A stretch of 64,000 nucleotides of DNA from Laetmonice hystrix (GCA_965235115.1 OZ249436.1:26724001-26788000), one strand, 5' to 3'. Counted from the first letter of the stretch, positions 25,521-41,300 are shown. The notes: generated by a model from the sequence alone, not told the origin. Numbers and translations: made by a program.

Positions 25521-28500
25521 GAACCTGTTCAGACCCCCCTCCACGTGAGTTGAATCAGTTTTGTTCTCTCCCTGGGTTGTTTACGTACCCCTAGTGAGGA
25601 GATACGAGGGTTTTGAAACCGGCCATGTTCCTAAAGGGACCACCATTAGAATACTGTGGGGGCCTAGAGGGTTTGAAGTAAAATTATTATTTTTGGGAGG
25701 ATTATAGGTGAAATAAATAAATGAACAGAAATCTTGGTCCTAATACATATGGTATCCACAATGGAGGTTGAAATATCTATAATACTTGGCAGAAAGCACA
25801 TGTTTTTAGCCTATATTGAGGTGAACAAAAAAAGTCTTTCCACCCCTTTGTGAAATAACAGAAATTTTACCAGGGAAAATCTCCAGCCCCCCCCCCCCAC
25901 ACACACACTTCAAATATCTAATGGTGGCCCCCAATCATGGTATCAAGCTTTCAAGATGGCGGCCAATAAAAGCGAATGGCGTGCTACAGTTTTGGGCAAT
26001 CTGGCATAACTCCTAACATAATGGGTGAAATTGCATCAAATTCGAGTCGCAGGGGGGGGGGGGGGGGGGCTTGAGGCCAACTTTTAGTTTTGACCTTGGT
26101 GTGACCTCACATGACCTTTATGTGACCATGACCGTTTTTGGTCTAAATGGACGTTAACACAAAAACGGTTTGGTTTGCAATGGTGTAATTTGGGGAAATT
26201 GGAACTGAACGTCGTTACTCTGTGTTTTATTATTTTTAACTGTAACGTTTTCAAAATCCCCCTCCCAAATGTCCCCCTCCTCCCAGGAATTTGAAAGCGG
26301 TTTTTATTTCCTTTCCGTGAGTTTGAAAAGGTTTCCAAATTCCTGGAAGGGGGATTTGAAGATGGGGGAGGAATCTGAAAAGGATGTTTACCCCCCCCCC
26401 CCCAACGTTTTGAAATTCCTGGTAAGCAATTTGAGAACGTTTTAAAATTCGTGGGGGAGGGGGTTGGAAAGGGGGTTGGAAAACGTTACACCGGCCAAAT
26501 CATAATCTGGGAAGAGCCATAGTTTGCGGTGACTCGGGTGAAGAGAGAAAGTGTTTAGATCGAGAGAATTCTTACTGTTATATACCAAATACTACAATAT
26601 CAGACAGTGTAAATCTGATCATTCATACCCTTCACGTTCACTCAAATAGATATAGACCTCGTTAGGCAAACGGATTGTCAACATCTTTTTGAATACGATA
26701 TGACAAATCAGCCAGTCGCGTGAACAGTTTTATCGATCGTGAGGTCTCCGAGTTTAAGACGGCCGGATTAATAATTGATAAGGAATTAAAGGATGTCACA
26801 TGTCGGCCTTGAGGCAGAGGGTATGTCACAAGCCCTGTAATTTTCAGTAAAGAAATCACTGGCTTCCCCGGGTCCCAATGGCTCCCGGCCATGATTACAA
26901 GGTGGAAGCGGCCTCATACAAAATGTACAGCCGATAGGTGGGGTAAAAAATGTACATCATTGTCGATAATTAAACCTCCAGGTTTGTCACCGAGTGCATG
27001 ATGCCGAGCGTATGTAAATAAATATTACCGCCTCTAGTGGGTGTGGGATGGTGCGAACCAATCGATGATTTTAATCACAGAGGAAAGGCATGGCTTTGAT
27101 AGGAACACATCACGCGTGCGTGGACAATGTTTTTGGCCTAAACAGGTACAAAACAAACCAAGTCTGTAAACTAGGAGTTTACAATCAGTGAGTTCGTATG
27201 AACACCCTTTTGTAAAACTCCTTGAAAGTTACGAGCCCTCCACTGACCTACCAACAAAGAGAAAACTAAGGTAAATGCAGTAAAGGACCAGCCAATTTAA
27301 TTTAGATTGCTGAACCCCTTAATGTTTCCCCCGAGGAAAGACCTCACCTGACAGCCATAGCCAAGCAAATTCCGCCACTCATGCAGGCTTCAAACTCCAA
27401 TACCCCCCCCCCCCCCCAAATATTTTACGGCCCAGTAGAGGAAGGAGTTCAAGCGAGTAATGCTGGATTAACCAACGCCATGTGTGTTGCAGAATCTCTC
27501 ACGCCTATTGTACACGAAGAGAGACACATAACCCAGAACATTGATAACTTCTTTCTTCATGTGGGAGTTTCAGCTAAAGCTATGAACCTTTCCAAGTCCA
27601 ACTCCCAAGCCTTGTCGTTCTTGTAATGATATATCCGAGAAACCAATAGCAATGAGACATGGGTGAGCTGCGGAAGTTGGAAGTATTCAATATCCTCGAC
27701 AGTAGCGAAACACAATATTGCATAAAATCTACCTTTCAATCGATCGATCAAGACAGTAAGCAGCATGTTACGAAAACAACCGTTGTTGTGATGCAGAATG
27801 ATTTGATCAAATCCAAGGAAATGCAATCATATGGCAAAGATTGTTTCTGTCCCTATCTAGAATTTTTTTACGGTAAGATCCGGTTTCATCAGATATTGGC
27901 ATTCATCATACAACATTTGCTTCTTTGACACACAATGTAAGAGGACTTTTCGCTCACAACAACAGCACATCCACGGCCAATTGCCCTTTCAGTGCGCTGT
28001 TAATGGCCCTCGTCGGACGAGACATGGCGACTGAGGGCATTCCGTTAGTATCGTTCGCCGTCTCTCTCACGGGGCTAATCATGGGGGTTATAGCTAACGC
28101 CAAAGGTCTATGACCTGAGAGCTAAAATGTCAGCTCCTGCCACGGGCTTCATAATGATCTTGTCGCAGATGTCGCGTGTTACTACTGCTAATACAAGGCT
28201 GGCCTGGGGATAATGCTGGATGAAGGAACACTTACGTGCCGTCACTGAAGTTCAGCTCTCCGTGGGGACTCAATCCTGGTGGGGGGCCGAGTGACTGGTC
28301 GGACGGACGGACGGACAGCCAGGGCAGGGGGCGGGGTAATACTGCGCCAGCGAATGGAAGGCATCAGTCTTCAGCTTGCAACCAGCAACGGTACATAATC
28401 CTCTCGGCTTATTGACACAATCCTTTCGGCTCCCTTTGTAGCATCAACGTGGATCGTTTTTTTTTGGTTAGGACTAATTCAAATAATTAGTGTGGACATC

Positions 28501-29819
28501 TCCCCTGAAATTAACCTCAAATCCCAGTAGGGCGAAAGGTCAGGTGCGACTGGTAGGTCCTCGGTCCGCCAAGAACGTGCACGCCGTGGTCGGCACGTGT
28601 CTTCAGAGGAAAACACGCCGCTGGGTGCCACCGTGGCGCCCCCTTGCGAGCACTTTGATTGGCTACTCCCGTCCTGTGGAGGTTTTAGGCCTACCTTGTT
28701 GGAGTGAAAAGTATTACAGGAAATTCTTCTGTAGCTGGTCGTGATTGGTAATTCCAAGACCCCGTGGATCTTCGACCTTAACGCATAGCGTTATGCAAGA
28801 TGCTAATTGTGAGAAAGCACGCGACATGATTCGTCATCAACAGAACAGAACCCAATATATTGACTCAAATTCAAAAATAATTATAGTCTTAATCATGGCG
28901 TCAATCTTGTTGTTTGCGTCCCTGGTATAGGAAATATTATGCTAACGTGATGGTTATAATATGCCCTAAAGCCGACATATCATGAGCGATACTATATTCG
29001 CAGGATTCGAGACATGCTTTGGGGTCGATACAGCAGCTTCGTTATGTCGAATCCAAAGATGTCTCGTCGTTTCTGAATTTGTCTCATTAAAATAAATGAG
29101 ACCTTGAAGAAGAAAGGGGGAAACGTTTGAGACACCGTCAGAAATACTCGCAATTTGTTATCAAAGAAGCAGCCACTACTTAGGCGGTAATTTGGTTATT
29201 GATTCGCTGGTTGGCAGCAAGGTCTGGCCATCGGGTTCTCAGCGTTCCATCATACGGGACGTGTTGCTACTGGCGTCCGGAATAACAATAACATAATGGG
29301 TAAAATACAAACGCCGGTAGAGGGCGCGAGTGGCGTATTCTACTACCTTAAGACGTGTATCTGAACCCCACAAAATCACGTCGTTACAACTATTTTGTGC
29401 TCATTTAATCACGCTTCCAATTAGTGGGTCTCCGGAGCTGAGTGTAGTACCCGGATTCCATTGCCACGTATTGCTTTAAGGAGAAATTCCGTAGAGGCCT
29501 TTAGGGTAAAGGACCGCAATTTATCGTCAACTAAACGTCTTTATAGTCGTAAAGCGAAAGCCAAGGGGGCAGCACGATCGCTGCGTTTATAATTACTAGG
29601 CTAATCCGAAACTCATTTTGGTTCGTAGGAAATGCATCCATCCGTCAAGTCATAAGGATTGGGTAATTATGGTCTGTGTGAGATGCAACTCTCTGGTTCT
29701 ACATTCTACGGCTTGTAAATGGAGACCTAGGGACGTTCAATAGGGTTTCAGATATTGTGAAGAGGCACATTCCTCTACAATGGTTCATGAATCCTGCAGT
29801 ATGGGTAGTATTGCTGTAT

Positions 29820-29872
29820 TTCTGTCTCCCTGTCTCTCTCTGTGTGTCTCTCTCTGTCTCTCTGTCTCTCTG

Positions 29873-29956
<84 letters not shown>
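29820..29956. repeat. (CT)n/(CTCTGT)n microsatellite
   Basis: Direct inspection. Confidence 0.97.
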
Positions 29957-29958
<2 letters not shown>

Positions 29959-30133
29959 GTTACAATTAATATTTCTAAATGTCTCGCCTTGACTTTCGGT
30001 TTTATAGAACACAATTAAAGATAGACTGATAATCATAATGTTTAATGTTAAATAATTACATGCAAGAATGCACAGTGAGTTAACGATAATTTAATATGCC
30101 AAGAATGATTTGATACCGTTGATCAAAATACAG

Positions 30134-30211
30134 GGCCCGGTTCCTAAAATCAGCCAGTCAGAAGTGTTAAGCCTAACTTAAGTAAGATCTTAAGATTTTA
30201 TGAACCGGGCC
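30134..30211. mobile_element. Tiny Harbinger-type MITE with CAG TSD
   Basis: TIR GGCCCGGTTCCTAAAATC / GATTTTATGAACCGGGCC, flanked by CAG on both sides. Confidence 0.7.
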
Positions 30212-33200
30212 CAGGATTCATTAGGCCTACCTACCAAAATTTATATCAGTAAATTACGTCGCATTATTTCTTACTTTCCTAAATGGAGTAATGGCAGTTT
30301 TCCTATAATGGATAATAATATTCTTGTCACATGCTAGCCCTGATATCAGGCTGCAGGGCGCTATACCAGCATGCACAATTAATATAAAGAAAATGACTTT
30401 TAAAAATCTGAATTGGGTGACTTAGTATGGTAAAATGTTTTTAAATCTATTAAATCTACAGGCCAAAGGTCCAATCGCTTTGCTTGTCATTTCCGGTGAG
30501 CATGTGCTATCAATCGCTATGTATACGCAGCACAGTGGCTAATTGAACTTTGCAGCATTTTACAGGCTGAATTTCCTTATGGGGCCTCTTGGTTTTAGTT
30601 CTACGTTCTAGCTCTTGTTGTGACGGCATGAGGCTAATTGGTGTCGTTGGGCCTTATTAACCCACAAGAAGCCAAAGAAACTAAAGCCTAATCTTGTTAA
30701 TTCGTCGAACACAAAACCGTCCGTATGGTGACTCATGGAGGGAGGGGATGGGCAAGGTTGTTATGCGTGACAGGGAGGCCCGTCTGGTCACCGGCCTAAT
30801 TGAAGGTGAGACAGATAGTTTTTAATCTCTGATCCAAGGACATCGCCATGGGAAATGGCCAGCATGCTGTGCACGTGAAGACATTAATGTGTTAAATGCA
30901 CGGTAATAATTTGTCATCATATTATGCGATGGCTTCCATGAAATTAATAACCTTGGCATATAGACTGGCGAAACGAATATTAGAGCTATGGATTATGGTT
31001 GGCTTATATCCGAATAAAACAGCGAGAAGATTTTCAGCTAAATCGGTTTCTAACTCGGAACTCAGAGATGAAAGAGAGGGAGCTGTTAGGGAAGATATTT
31101 CATAATCGAATTTTACACCAATTCTTTCAGCTAAATGCATGGTGTTGGTCTCCTAAAAATGAATGGCTGCTTTGGGTGGCGGATCCAGAGGGCGTTTTGG
31201 GAGTTGCAACCCACTTTCCCTGTTAGCAACACTCCCCCCCCCTCTCATACACAATTTTTGAATTGACCCTGCTAGCCTCTAGCCGTTAGCCACCCCCCTC
31301 TTCTATTCAACCCAGTCTCTCCCCAAATCCTGTATCCAACCCTTGACTTTGCAAGTGCTTAGCATCCGGTTGCTTCTCGCCCAAATCAAAACCAGGGGCC
31401 GACCAAGACCTGGTCAATAAGAAACATTAATTGTATTGGCAGCGTAGATATCACTTTGACGTAATTAGTTTAAGTCCGGGCGTCAGTCCCTTCCTTTCGC
31501 AGTGCTTATTGACAGTGAATCCTTATTGGTAGGACTCTGCCCCTCATTCAATGTGACCCTCAGTATGGGTGATGACACTGAGTGCAACCGAAACTGTGGG
31601 AAGCATTTCTTGCCAGCTGGTCACTGATCCACGCTTGGTTTTGTCCTGGAGAAACTAACGCTTTATTTGGTTATACAAGGTCGGCTAATTCCCATTACGA
31701 CGAGTCGATTTGTGTCAGAGTGACGTTATTCTCGGTGAGGTGGTCCGGTGTTCGCCGCCCGTCACCCGGCCTGGTTAGGATATGGAAGGTTCATTTCATC
31801 AGGTCCCTGACGTCCAACGTCCTCCGAACAGTTCCAGGACATTGTTAAGTTATACGTATGGATTTCTGAAAGATGCTTGTCACTGGATGTCTTCAGGAAG
31901 TATCTACAACTTATTACTCAATCCGTATACCTATGTTTAATATTCGTAACGTATATTGTATGATGTGATGAGGGCAAACATTTTGTCAATGTATAACTAT
32001 GAATAGATTTGAAGAGAACTTTTTTGTGCAAGTTTACACGCAATATCATCTGAATGACAAAATAACAGGGATTCTTATCATACTCTGCAATTTTTAAAGA
32101 AACTATTGTCCCAGTATCAAATGTAAAATCTCAAAATTTCTAAATATATGAGAAAGAATGAGTATACCATTAATGCTTTGCCGGTCCAATTCGCCATAAA
32201 AAAAGTAAGAATTTGTAAAAAAAGAAATCCATGAAGCGAGTCATTACTCTTCCCTGACATGTCTAATAACAAAACACTTTCCCCTATACATAGTAGGGAA
32301 TCCAGAGGGTGGGGGGTCAGGACCTCCTGAATTGGCTCCTTTTTATCCAGATTTCCATCTTGGACCCCTTCCCCCTTTACCCAGTATATTAGGCAACCTT
32401 CAAGTACATCATCCATTTACCAATGTTATCAGTGTTGTGAAATGTGAAACTGTGGTCTGATTGTATCCGAGGGCCCTCTTCCGCCTCCTCCTCACGGCCC
32501 ACAGCCTAGACTCGCCCCAGTCGAACTGAGTCCCGGCACGTGCTAATAGGTTTTAGAAGGGCTTTCCTCGCTCGTCTGTACACAACTCTCAACACAATCA
32601 GACATGGAAATGGCAGTTGCGCTCTAAATGCCAATACGAATCCGATTTCGCCGAGGCTTTCCTTGAGGAAATGAAATAAAATCAGGCTAACTTGGCTATG
32701 TGTGCACATTACCTGGACAAATGGACTCAGAGGTCCTTTCAGGGTGATACAACGAACTCATTTCAACCCCTAATATTCATTAATGTTGTCGTATTGAGCC
32801 AACATCCGGAGCTCGACTTCCATTTGGAAGCAGACTAGTACACATACCCTAACCCTTTTTGCACATGCCCAGCCATGCTGCCAAAGACGTGTTTGAGGTG
32901 AACCCGGAGTAAGAACCATAGCGACATGAATAGGTTATGGGCAGAATATCTAATAAACTTTATCATAAGAATTAACATAAATTGTATAAGTCTATTACTT
33001 TCTGAGCATGATAATTTCTAATTAATGTAAAGAAAGAGTACTTAGGCCTTTTCTGCATTTAGACAGCTAGATAGATGATTCATGGTAAAATGTCCATGAA
33101 CTTTGATGGTATAAAAATCTGTCCCTATTCCTAGACCCAAACCTAGCCAGGTCTACATCCATAGCCTCGGTTCCCAACCCCCCAACCCCCAACTTACTCC

Positions 33201-34004
33201 CAGCCCTAACTGCGCCCCTAGCCCTAATTTCGTGTAAATACTAAACCATTGGGGAATAGACCGCTCGTGATAGGGCTAATAACCGTTTGAGGTCATCATT
33301 ATGCCAACCACCACATGGCTTCATGCCACTTTTTAGTTGTTTCTAAACAGCAGAAACAACCACATTCGGCCATAGTATGTTATATTACACCGCAGGCAGA
33401 TCGTCTTCGTCATCTGGTGGATGACTGGCGAAAACTGAAAGCGACTAGGAATGGTCACGTTGTCTAAAATAAGTGAGTTTTATCTGTGGAGATAAGATTG
33501 TGAACTACTAAATATTGGCATTGGGTACAGAATCGAATGTTCATGAGTGCACGCTACTCGTTAAGAATAATAATAGGGATCTAAAAATACACTTAAGGGT
33601 CTTTTGAGAAAACATAAAAATAAGTTGTGGAAGTTTCTAATGCTCTCTCCATGCCCAGCCATTATAGCCCTGTGTGGACCTTTCTTTAACCAGTGGTCCG
33701 GGGCAATTCTGTCCAACCATAGTTGTGCTTTTGTTTTGGGCCGACCGTGAAGCTAATGGACATGTTGTGTACAGACGGCCCACTTCCGACAGAAAGCAAG
33801 CAGAAAGCGGACGGTCCTGCTGACGATAGCCATTGCCCATGCGCCCAGCATGACTTTGTGATGATCCGATTACTCGACACGATTATGCTTTGGACGAGCT
33901 CACGCCGAAGGGCAGTGCTCATGGAGAGAGGTGGGCTGTCCCCAGGCACTGGTATTACTCTGAGGAGATCGAAACCTTGTCGAACGTTAGAGTTATGATG
34001 GCAA

Positions 34005-34148
34005 CCCCGCCACCCACACCCACACCCACCACCCACACCCACCACCCACCACCACCACCCACACCCACCACCCACACCCACCACCCACCACCCACACCCA
34101 CCACCCACACCCACACCCACCACCCACACCCACACCCACCACCCACCC
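34005..34148. repeat. C/A-rich low-complexity repeat (CCACCCACA-like)
   Basis: Direct inspection. Confidence 0.95.
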
Positions 34149-37100
34149 ATGACGAGCTAATTGATCTTCATCATCATGCAGTAGGTTTGAGAACGGAGAA
34201 AGAAAGGGACTATATTTTTCCATGGATTTCATCAGTGGCAATGTTGTTGGTTATAGAGTCTTTAATTAAGGAAAGATCTCGCCATTTCCTCGGTATTTGC
34301 CCTGCTCCGTTTTATGTAAATTTTCAATCTGTAGAAGTCTGAAGAGAAGGCGCATTTACAGCGCCCGATCTTGAGGTATGAAAGGACAGATTTACCTAAC
34401 ATGCCTGCAGCTGCAGCGCTTTACACTCAGTAGCCTTTAGATCACAAACACCCCAACTCCTAATTCATAAGCACCCCCGTCCCTAGCACAAGGAAACAAG
34501 TATTTGCCATTTATACCAAGCCTTAACCCTACCATGAATATTTCATGAGGCCGCCGCGCCTCTCGCAGTGGACGTCGACTTTGGCACTACTTGCCATCTG
34601 TCCCTGTAGTCAGTATCCTTCCGCCGAGGCGGATGTACTTCCAGCGGGCCGTATGACAGCCGGAAGTCTTTATTAATGGCTTTCCTCAGGTTTCAGGAAC
34701 CTCATACATTTGGTCCGGCCGGCCCAGCAGACCGCGCGTAACCTTTGGTTAACAAACTCGTTCAATTAAAGCTAGGCGCGGAGGACGGAGATAATCGGCA
34801 AATTTCAGCCGTTAGATGAGCATAGGTTCGGTCTCCAATGAGGTCCTATTATGTCTGAGACAATGGAATCTCCGTATATGGTAATTTACAATTTGCACAT
34901 GACAACGGGGCAGTTATGTGAGAGCGGTGGGTACACATTTGATTAGACATGGCATTTTCTTCAATTGGACGTTCTGCTTGTATTTTATAATGATGTTAAA
35001 CTCAGAATGTTCATGTCGTTTGTCTCTGTTTCTTGATTGAAGTGAGAGAACCTTATTAAAGGGGACTTAAACAATGCAACGCTGAAATAATTATCTATAT
35101 TATAGGCCTACATAATTATAATATTTGACTATTTATGGATAGGATGACATAATATACCTACAGTTGGTCTGGCAGTCGTTATGCAGCAATACGAGAAGAA
35201 CGTTTTCCTACTCCAAACTTGGGCCGAGTTGACCCAAAAAATGTATAAAGTGAATAACATGTTTTTAAATGATTCAAGTACGATATATATGCGCGGGTGC
35301 AGCGGTGCTCATCGGATCAGTAAACAGAAGATATTCTATCCCTTTACAATGTGAACTTTTTTTTGGAGGTTAGTTAGAGTGCTACCATCCCTTTAAAGTG
35401 ACATAGAAACGGATAGCAAATCAACCCCGTTTAAAGATCTATTACGTCACAACGTGACATCATCCAAATGGGTCAAATTTACGCTAAGCACTACGGCCCG
35501 GCGTATTTCCTGGGGGTACAAGCTATCGGGATAAGGTGTCTGATTTGGCACAGTGATCCAATGGTGCGTTATGCGTGTTGGATACGTTATTTCTAAAATA
35601 AGACTCAGATATATTCAGGAAATGAAATTAGACCGACAGTTGTTAATTCTGGTTACCCCAAATAAAACTCACTGTGAAATATTACAAAAAAAGAAATTTC
35701 AGATGTCTTACCTTTAAAGGGCTATAGCATTTCTGAGCATAATCTCAGCATACAGTTAGACTTCATATTTGGGTGAATCACGAGGTTACTTTACATCGGT
35801 CGACATTATAAATAATACAAGGTTATCCTACCAAACGGTGATTCCGTATGTGGGTAGGCACCTCCAGACACGGCTGGACTGAATACTCAAACACTACCCA
35901 ACGTTTCCTTCCTTACCATCGGGAGACAGTATCACATTTCAGACACGTCTGCAGGTGTCATAATTACAGTCCGCGGATGTGCAGAGCATACACGTTCCTA
36001 TGAAATCAATGTAGTCTATGGATGGAATGAGTGCTGCGGTGATTCGTTGAGCTACTACGAGAAAGAATTTCAGGAGCTTCGAAACAATGCTAAATTATTA
36101 CTTAGTATTGACGTTTTCAGAAATAAGCAAATTAAGTAAATATGTATAAGAAATATGAGTTATGGTAATAAAATGAGAATATTCGTTCTTATCTTAATTA
36201 TAAAAGATAGAGGTGAGCAGTAATTCAAGAATTCAAAAATAATGGAGTATTCTAAATATTATGAATATTGTGCCACCAACAAATCTTACTACTATACGGA
36301 CACGCTGCGTATGGATCTGCGAACGGATACAACAGAGATGCGTGCACAAGTCCATAAATACAACCTCTTTAAAATGGTTTTAAGTAAAAATGGTTAGCTT
36401 AATTATGTGGAACAGAGTTTCTTTCTGAACGTTTTTTTTCTGATCATAGGCCTTTACATTGCTTCTCTTCATAAGCCAGGACATTGAAACAGCGTATCGC
36501 GATAAGGCTCTATGTGGACGTGCTGCATATGGAAAAACGGACCATTCAGTTATGGAAGAGGCCTATATCAGTTGGCTAATAAGAAACTTTTAAGTCTTTT
36601 TAAGGGTCCAGAAATCTCCATACAACAATGACCCCCCCCCCCCCCCAAAAAAAAAGGTGATTGTTTCGTCCATGTGGTTCAATACGATGGCCTGAAAGAA
36701 TAGATACGATGACCTGAGAAGGGAAATACGATGGCCTGAAAAAGATGGCCGCACCCAACCGGCGTGATGTGAGCCTTCATGTAGTGGTTCAGCCATATTG
36801 TGGATTAATGCCAGATTCATGGATTGACACTTATAAAACCGTATCGCTCAAAATTTCAATCCTCCACTTGTAAAACAAGTTGATGAAGCCCTCGCTGGCG
36901 GCTCTTGGCTGACAATGCAAACATTGTGGTCAATTCGGGCCGAGTTGACCGGGGCAAGTTCGCTCCATTTTTACCTAATGAGACCTGGAAGCCAGTCCAC
37001 TGAAGCAACTCCAACGGAACTATCGTAGGAGTCAGGCCATATATGTCGGCTAATTATTTAGCACACTTACCCTTACTTATGTGTGTAATGTATTGACTTA

Positions 37101-37507
37101 TTGCCAATGATTCACACTGACCTCAAGGGGCCGAACCGTCCACCGTCTTGAGCAGGTACACTCCATCAACATTTTCTAGATCCACAAGTCCTTATAATGT
37201 GATAACTGGTTTACTCTAACAGATAACCATGAAAATAAAAATTAAAACTGCGAAGTTTATAAAGAACAATAATATTAACCTTTTAAAATGTCATGTCCAC
37301 ATTGAGGGTTCTCTCGACACTTAAAGTCATCTTCGCTGTCACAGTTGTGGCAGGCGTAGATTACGACAGCAGCTAGGCTACCTATCCGCACAAGACGAAG
37401 ACAACTCTTCTATACTAAAAAACAAACCAAAAAACCCCCCAAAAAACAATATTGGAAACATCAGGCTTTTGCCCAGGCAAGGGGCACGTTCGCCCCCCTG
37501 GGCAAAC

Positions 37508-38385
37508 GTCTCATTTGGGATTCCCTCGGGATTCTTAGCAGTTCTTAGCAGCCGCGACACATTCAGTTTTGCAGTATTTATGAAATCATACGACTTTACT
37601 AGCTTGCATCAACATAACCTACGTAGTAAGCCTCGGCCAGTGAGGCTTACGACCACTCAATGTTAAAAATTGGTGTGTCACTGGCAGCGCAAATTCATGT
37701 ACCGATCAACTCACCGGCATCCATTTATCACGGGCAACGTCTTCTTTTAGTGGTTCGACAAGTATTTTAAGGATAAAACATCAAATTCTGAAGTGTCGTA
37801 CAGCTGCGGCTTCCATTGCCTGTTTATGTCCCAGCATGCATCTCTCTGACCTAGCAAGGTCCCCTGCTCTACGTATGTCATAACATAGCGGACGCGTCTG
37901 TTAGGCAGGGTACCAGGCTACTCCCTGACCCGGGAGGTCAAAATGGCCGCAATAAGCAGAGAGCGAAATTCGTCGATTCCAGACTGTATGCTGCCCTTAT
38001 TATGTCTCGTCGTGCTTTCCAAACTTGGAAATAAGTGAGATAAGTTACTTTAAGCGTGTTTATCAATATTCAGTCCAGAGATATGGGCAGGGGAAGGGTT
38101 TTCATGGTGGTTGGATGATTTGACCGAACACACCAGGGCCCAGTTCACAAAGTCAAGTCAATTTTAATTAACTTGAAATCCATTTTAACCAATCAGATTG
38201 AAGTAAAATGGACTTCAAGTCAATTAAAATTGACTTGACTTTGTTTGTGAACCGGGCCCAGGAACCTGCACTAAGTGGCGTCTGTCTCTGTATACGGTAG
38301 TACAGAGACGGATACTCTGTCTAGCATCAACATAAGAAATGACGTCATACTCCGAAAGGAATCCCGAGGGAATCCCAAATGAGAC
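37508..38385. mobile_element. TIR-bounded element remnant
   Basis: 27-bp perfect inverted repeat GTCTCATTTGGGATTCCCTCGGGATTC at 37508-37534 and 38359-38385. Confidence 0.6.
38137..38258. mobile_element. Palindromic Harbinger-type MITE with CAG TSD
   Basis: GGCCCAGTTCACAAAGTCAAGTCAATTTTAATT ... AATTAAAATTGACTTGACTTTG..GTGAACCGGGCC; CAG on both flanks. Confidence 0.75.
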
Positions 38386-41300
38386 AGCTCGTCCGTGGGA
38401 CAAACGTTGACCTCCGTCTGACAATAAACAATGCCAATAGGAATGTCAACATCTAAAAAAGTATCTATAGAGACCTAAATAGATTTTCTCTGACGTCCAA
38501 TCCACCTGTCAGAGGTATCAAGCGGAGATCTGTTTTTAAACAAGCCAGACACTGCTTGTCTTTCACCTTTGTCGGTGTGTCGGACGTCACCGTTTTGACC
38601 ACGTTGTGTCATGTGATAAAAGAAGATCCAACATGGTGACGACTGTGCGAGGGCCGAGAGGATCTGGCCCTGACAGTCCCGAGGTGGGCCGAATGATATG
38701 CCAGGCTGATGGTGTGACGTCATGACGTAGCAAACGATTCTATGTTCTGGTGCTGAGGAAAGATATGAAGTGCGATCGAACGTGCCCCGAGGGCGAACTT
38801 AGCCCCGGTCTCCCCTATATGTATACCACCCTGTTCATACATCAATACTGATATTGAGATGTTCTAGTTCCGTTTCCGCGGGATATTCACGGATATATTC
38901 TCTGGGTCCCTTTAAGAGTTGACATTTATTACCGATATCGGGAGTCAGCCGGGAAGGAGAACTTTAATCCCGAGCGACACCAACCAGTATCATGATTGGT
39001 TAATAGAAGAATGTGTGTTACCTCATGAGGTGTTTGGCTTGCGATAACCGCAGGTTATAACGCTAGGTCAACCCCACAAAGGCTCCCCAAGGGCGTCACG
39101 CCGGCAACCTTTTTAATGATGCATTGGACACTGACTTGTCTACGAGTCCACAAGCAGCGCCCCCCCCCCCCCCCGACACTCTGAAGGCCCGCCCTTGTCC
39201 ACCTAAATAGCTTCATTGCCGAGAGAGGGCGCTGCAACCATAGCCTCTTCCTCGTCGCCTCGCGTTCCCATTCAGGTGTACTTCACGCATGCGCGCCTCT
39301 CCTCGAGTGGCTCGGGGTCGTGAGCCCACGCTGGTTTCTTCCGAAACGGAAATAGAAATGTCCCTGGTGGAGGACTTCTTATCTGTACTTGACGGGGGTG
39401 TGGTGGCCAACCCCCCCCCCCCCCCGGGTCAGGGCACGCGTGAGCGGACTGTCCCTGTATTAGGGGAACGCCCTCTCAGATATAACATCCCACGGGTCTG
39501 ATCGGCGATAATCATGCGGTTCACGGCACCGTCCCGGATCCGATCTCGATATATCTCTCTCCGTAAAGTATAGGTAATAATGGGAGTGGGGGCGGGGGTA
39601 AAGAAGAGGGGGCATCTAGCCGGTCGACCTTTCCCAGTAGGACCGCGAGATAGCACTTCACACTCACTGCATTCATTGCAACGCCCCGTACCCCGTCTTG
39701 ATTTCTTCGCTGTCACCCGTGGAACAATCGAGGATCCCTGAACAAGACTTTTAGTCACCACAAACGTTAAAAAAACACAACGTCGACTCCTCTCGGAGAT
39801 AGCAGCTGACAACACCTCGCGCCTTCTCCCATCACTCACATCAAGCCAATAGTGCGGATTATCCAAGGGAAACACATATTCGTAATAAAATTAGGCGCAG
39901 TAATTTAACCTCACTTAGAGGCTGCTTGTGTGTGATTGCCATATCTTTGCCAGAACGCTGTCCAGTCAGAGAGCGCCACCATCTCATAATGGCACCACTC
40001 CGCCAAGAGACGTCTATCTTAATTGTGGTAGCCAAGTTTGCTTAGCGGCATTCTTTTACGCCAATTTTGTTTATCTGGCTTTCTCTATGCCGTTTCTGCT
40101 GTTCTACGATAAGAGTGTTTTTTCTACTGTTCCGGTGGAGTAGCAGCGATCAGGTATTCACCGCATCCACTAAAACTATTGGGACTCCGCCAAGCCACTT
40201 TCGTCGTCACTCCACGGCTGTGGCGTCAATATGAAGAACCGATGGGTTTGCTGTTAATGCTATCGCCGCTACACGAGGAGAACACTTTTTGTAATGATTC
40301 CAATGGAATAATTCGGTAATTATCGTGCTACAAAAACGTATCATAGTAGTTAGAGTGGTGTTGTTCTCATGTTCCCATATTTTGAAAGTCAATGAAGTAC
40401 TTAATTATACATTCACTTTAGATAAAGTTTGAGTTCCTTTGTACACCTTAATTTGTTTCCGATAAAAAGTGCCTTCATATCTTTACATGGGCCTCATCGT
40501 GAGGTATGACACATGCCTTGCGGGTAGTGGAATATTTGTGAATATTGACCGTGTGATGTGGGTTGATTGGATTACAATTCCACCTTCCCTGAATGTGATT
40601 CATGTTTAATGCATTCTATGAGAATTCCACAGTACGTAACCTCGAAATGTCATAGAGATAATTCAAATTCAATTTTGAGGCAATATTTGAAATTCTTGTG
40701 GTCGATTTGGGCTGGAGGTATCTTTTATTCAACAGAGGAAATGTCGCGTGCCCTCCTGTTCTTTGTTACTAAAGCAAACAGGAATTATATGGCTATGGAG
40801 GCAAACGAGTCACTTTAGTTAGTTTTATATTACGTGACTAGTCATTGCCACACTCATTAAAACACCACTAATCCTGACCAAGACCGAGAGACTGTCATGC
40901 AACCTCTGGTCAATAGTTTGATTCTTCCTATTTCAGGGTAATAAGGTAATGTAGGAGGCTCCTGTTCTATCTTTGTTCGTCCACCGAGTTGGCAGCGCGT
41001 CCCCAAGAAAAGATTTGTCTCCCTATATCTAAACTCTGCTTTCCTTGTTGAAGTATTCTCTACCGATGAACAGTTTCCATCTGTAAAAATTGTTTGGGAG
41101 GCCCACGGGACTATAACAGAAACCGGTTTTTGCCCCCATGGCCCGTTCTCTTCGTCGCATTGTTTTTTAAAAGGAAGAAGCTATTTAGATGCAAAGCGAT
41201 AACTTACCCGAAACAAGAGACATTTCCCCCCTTTTTCCCGGTGCGCCATTCGTCTGTCAAATTGAATTGGTGGCCAAGGTGAGCGGAGGTCTCCTCGGCT

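Noticed and set aside
24798..25544. Long ORFs (248, 176, 145 aa) over the 30-bp repeat
   Set aside because: Open on both strands only because the unit is a stop-free multiple of 3; no splice or domain support
29757..34342. ER-rich, LS-rich, PTH-rich and VGW-rich ORFs at 29.8 kb and 34.0 kb
   Set aside because: Translations of microsatellite and low-complexity DNA
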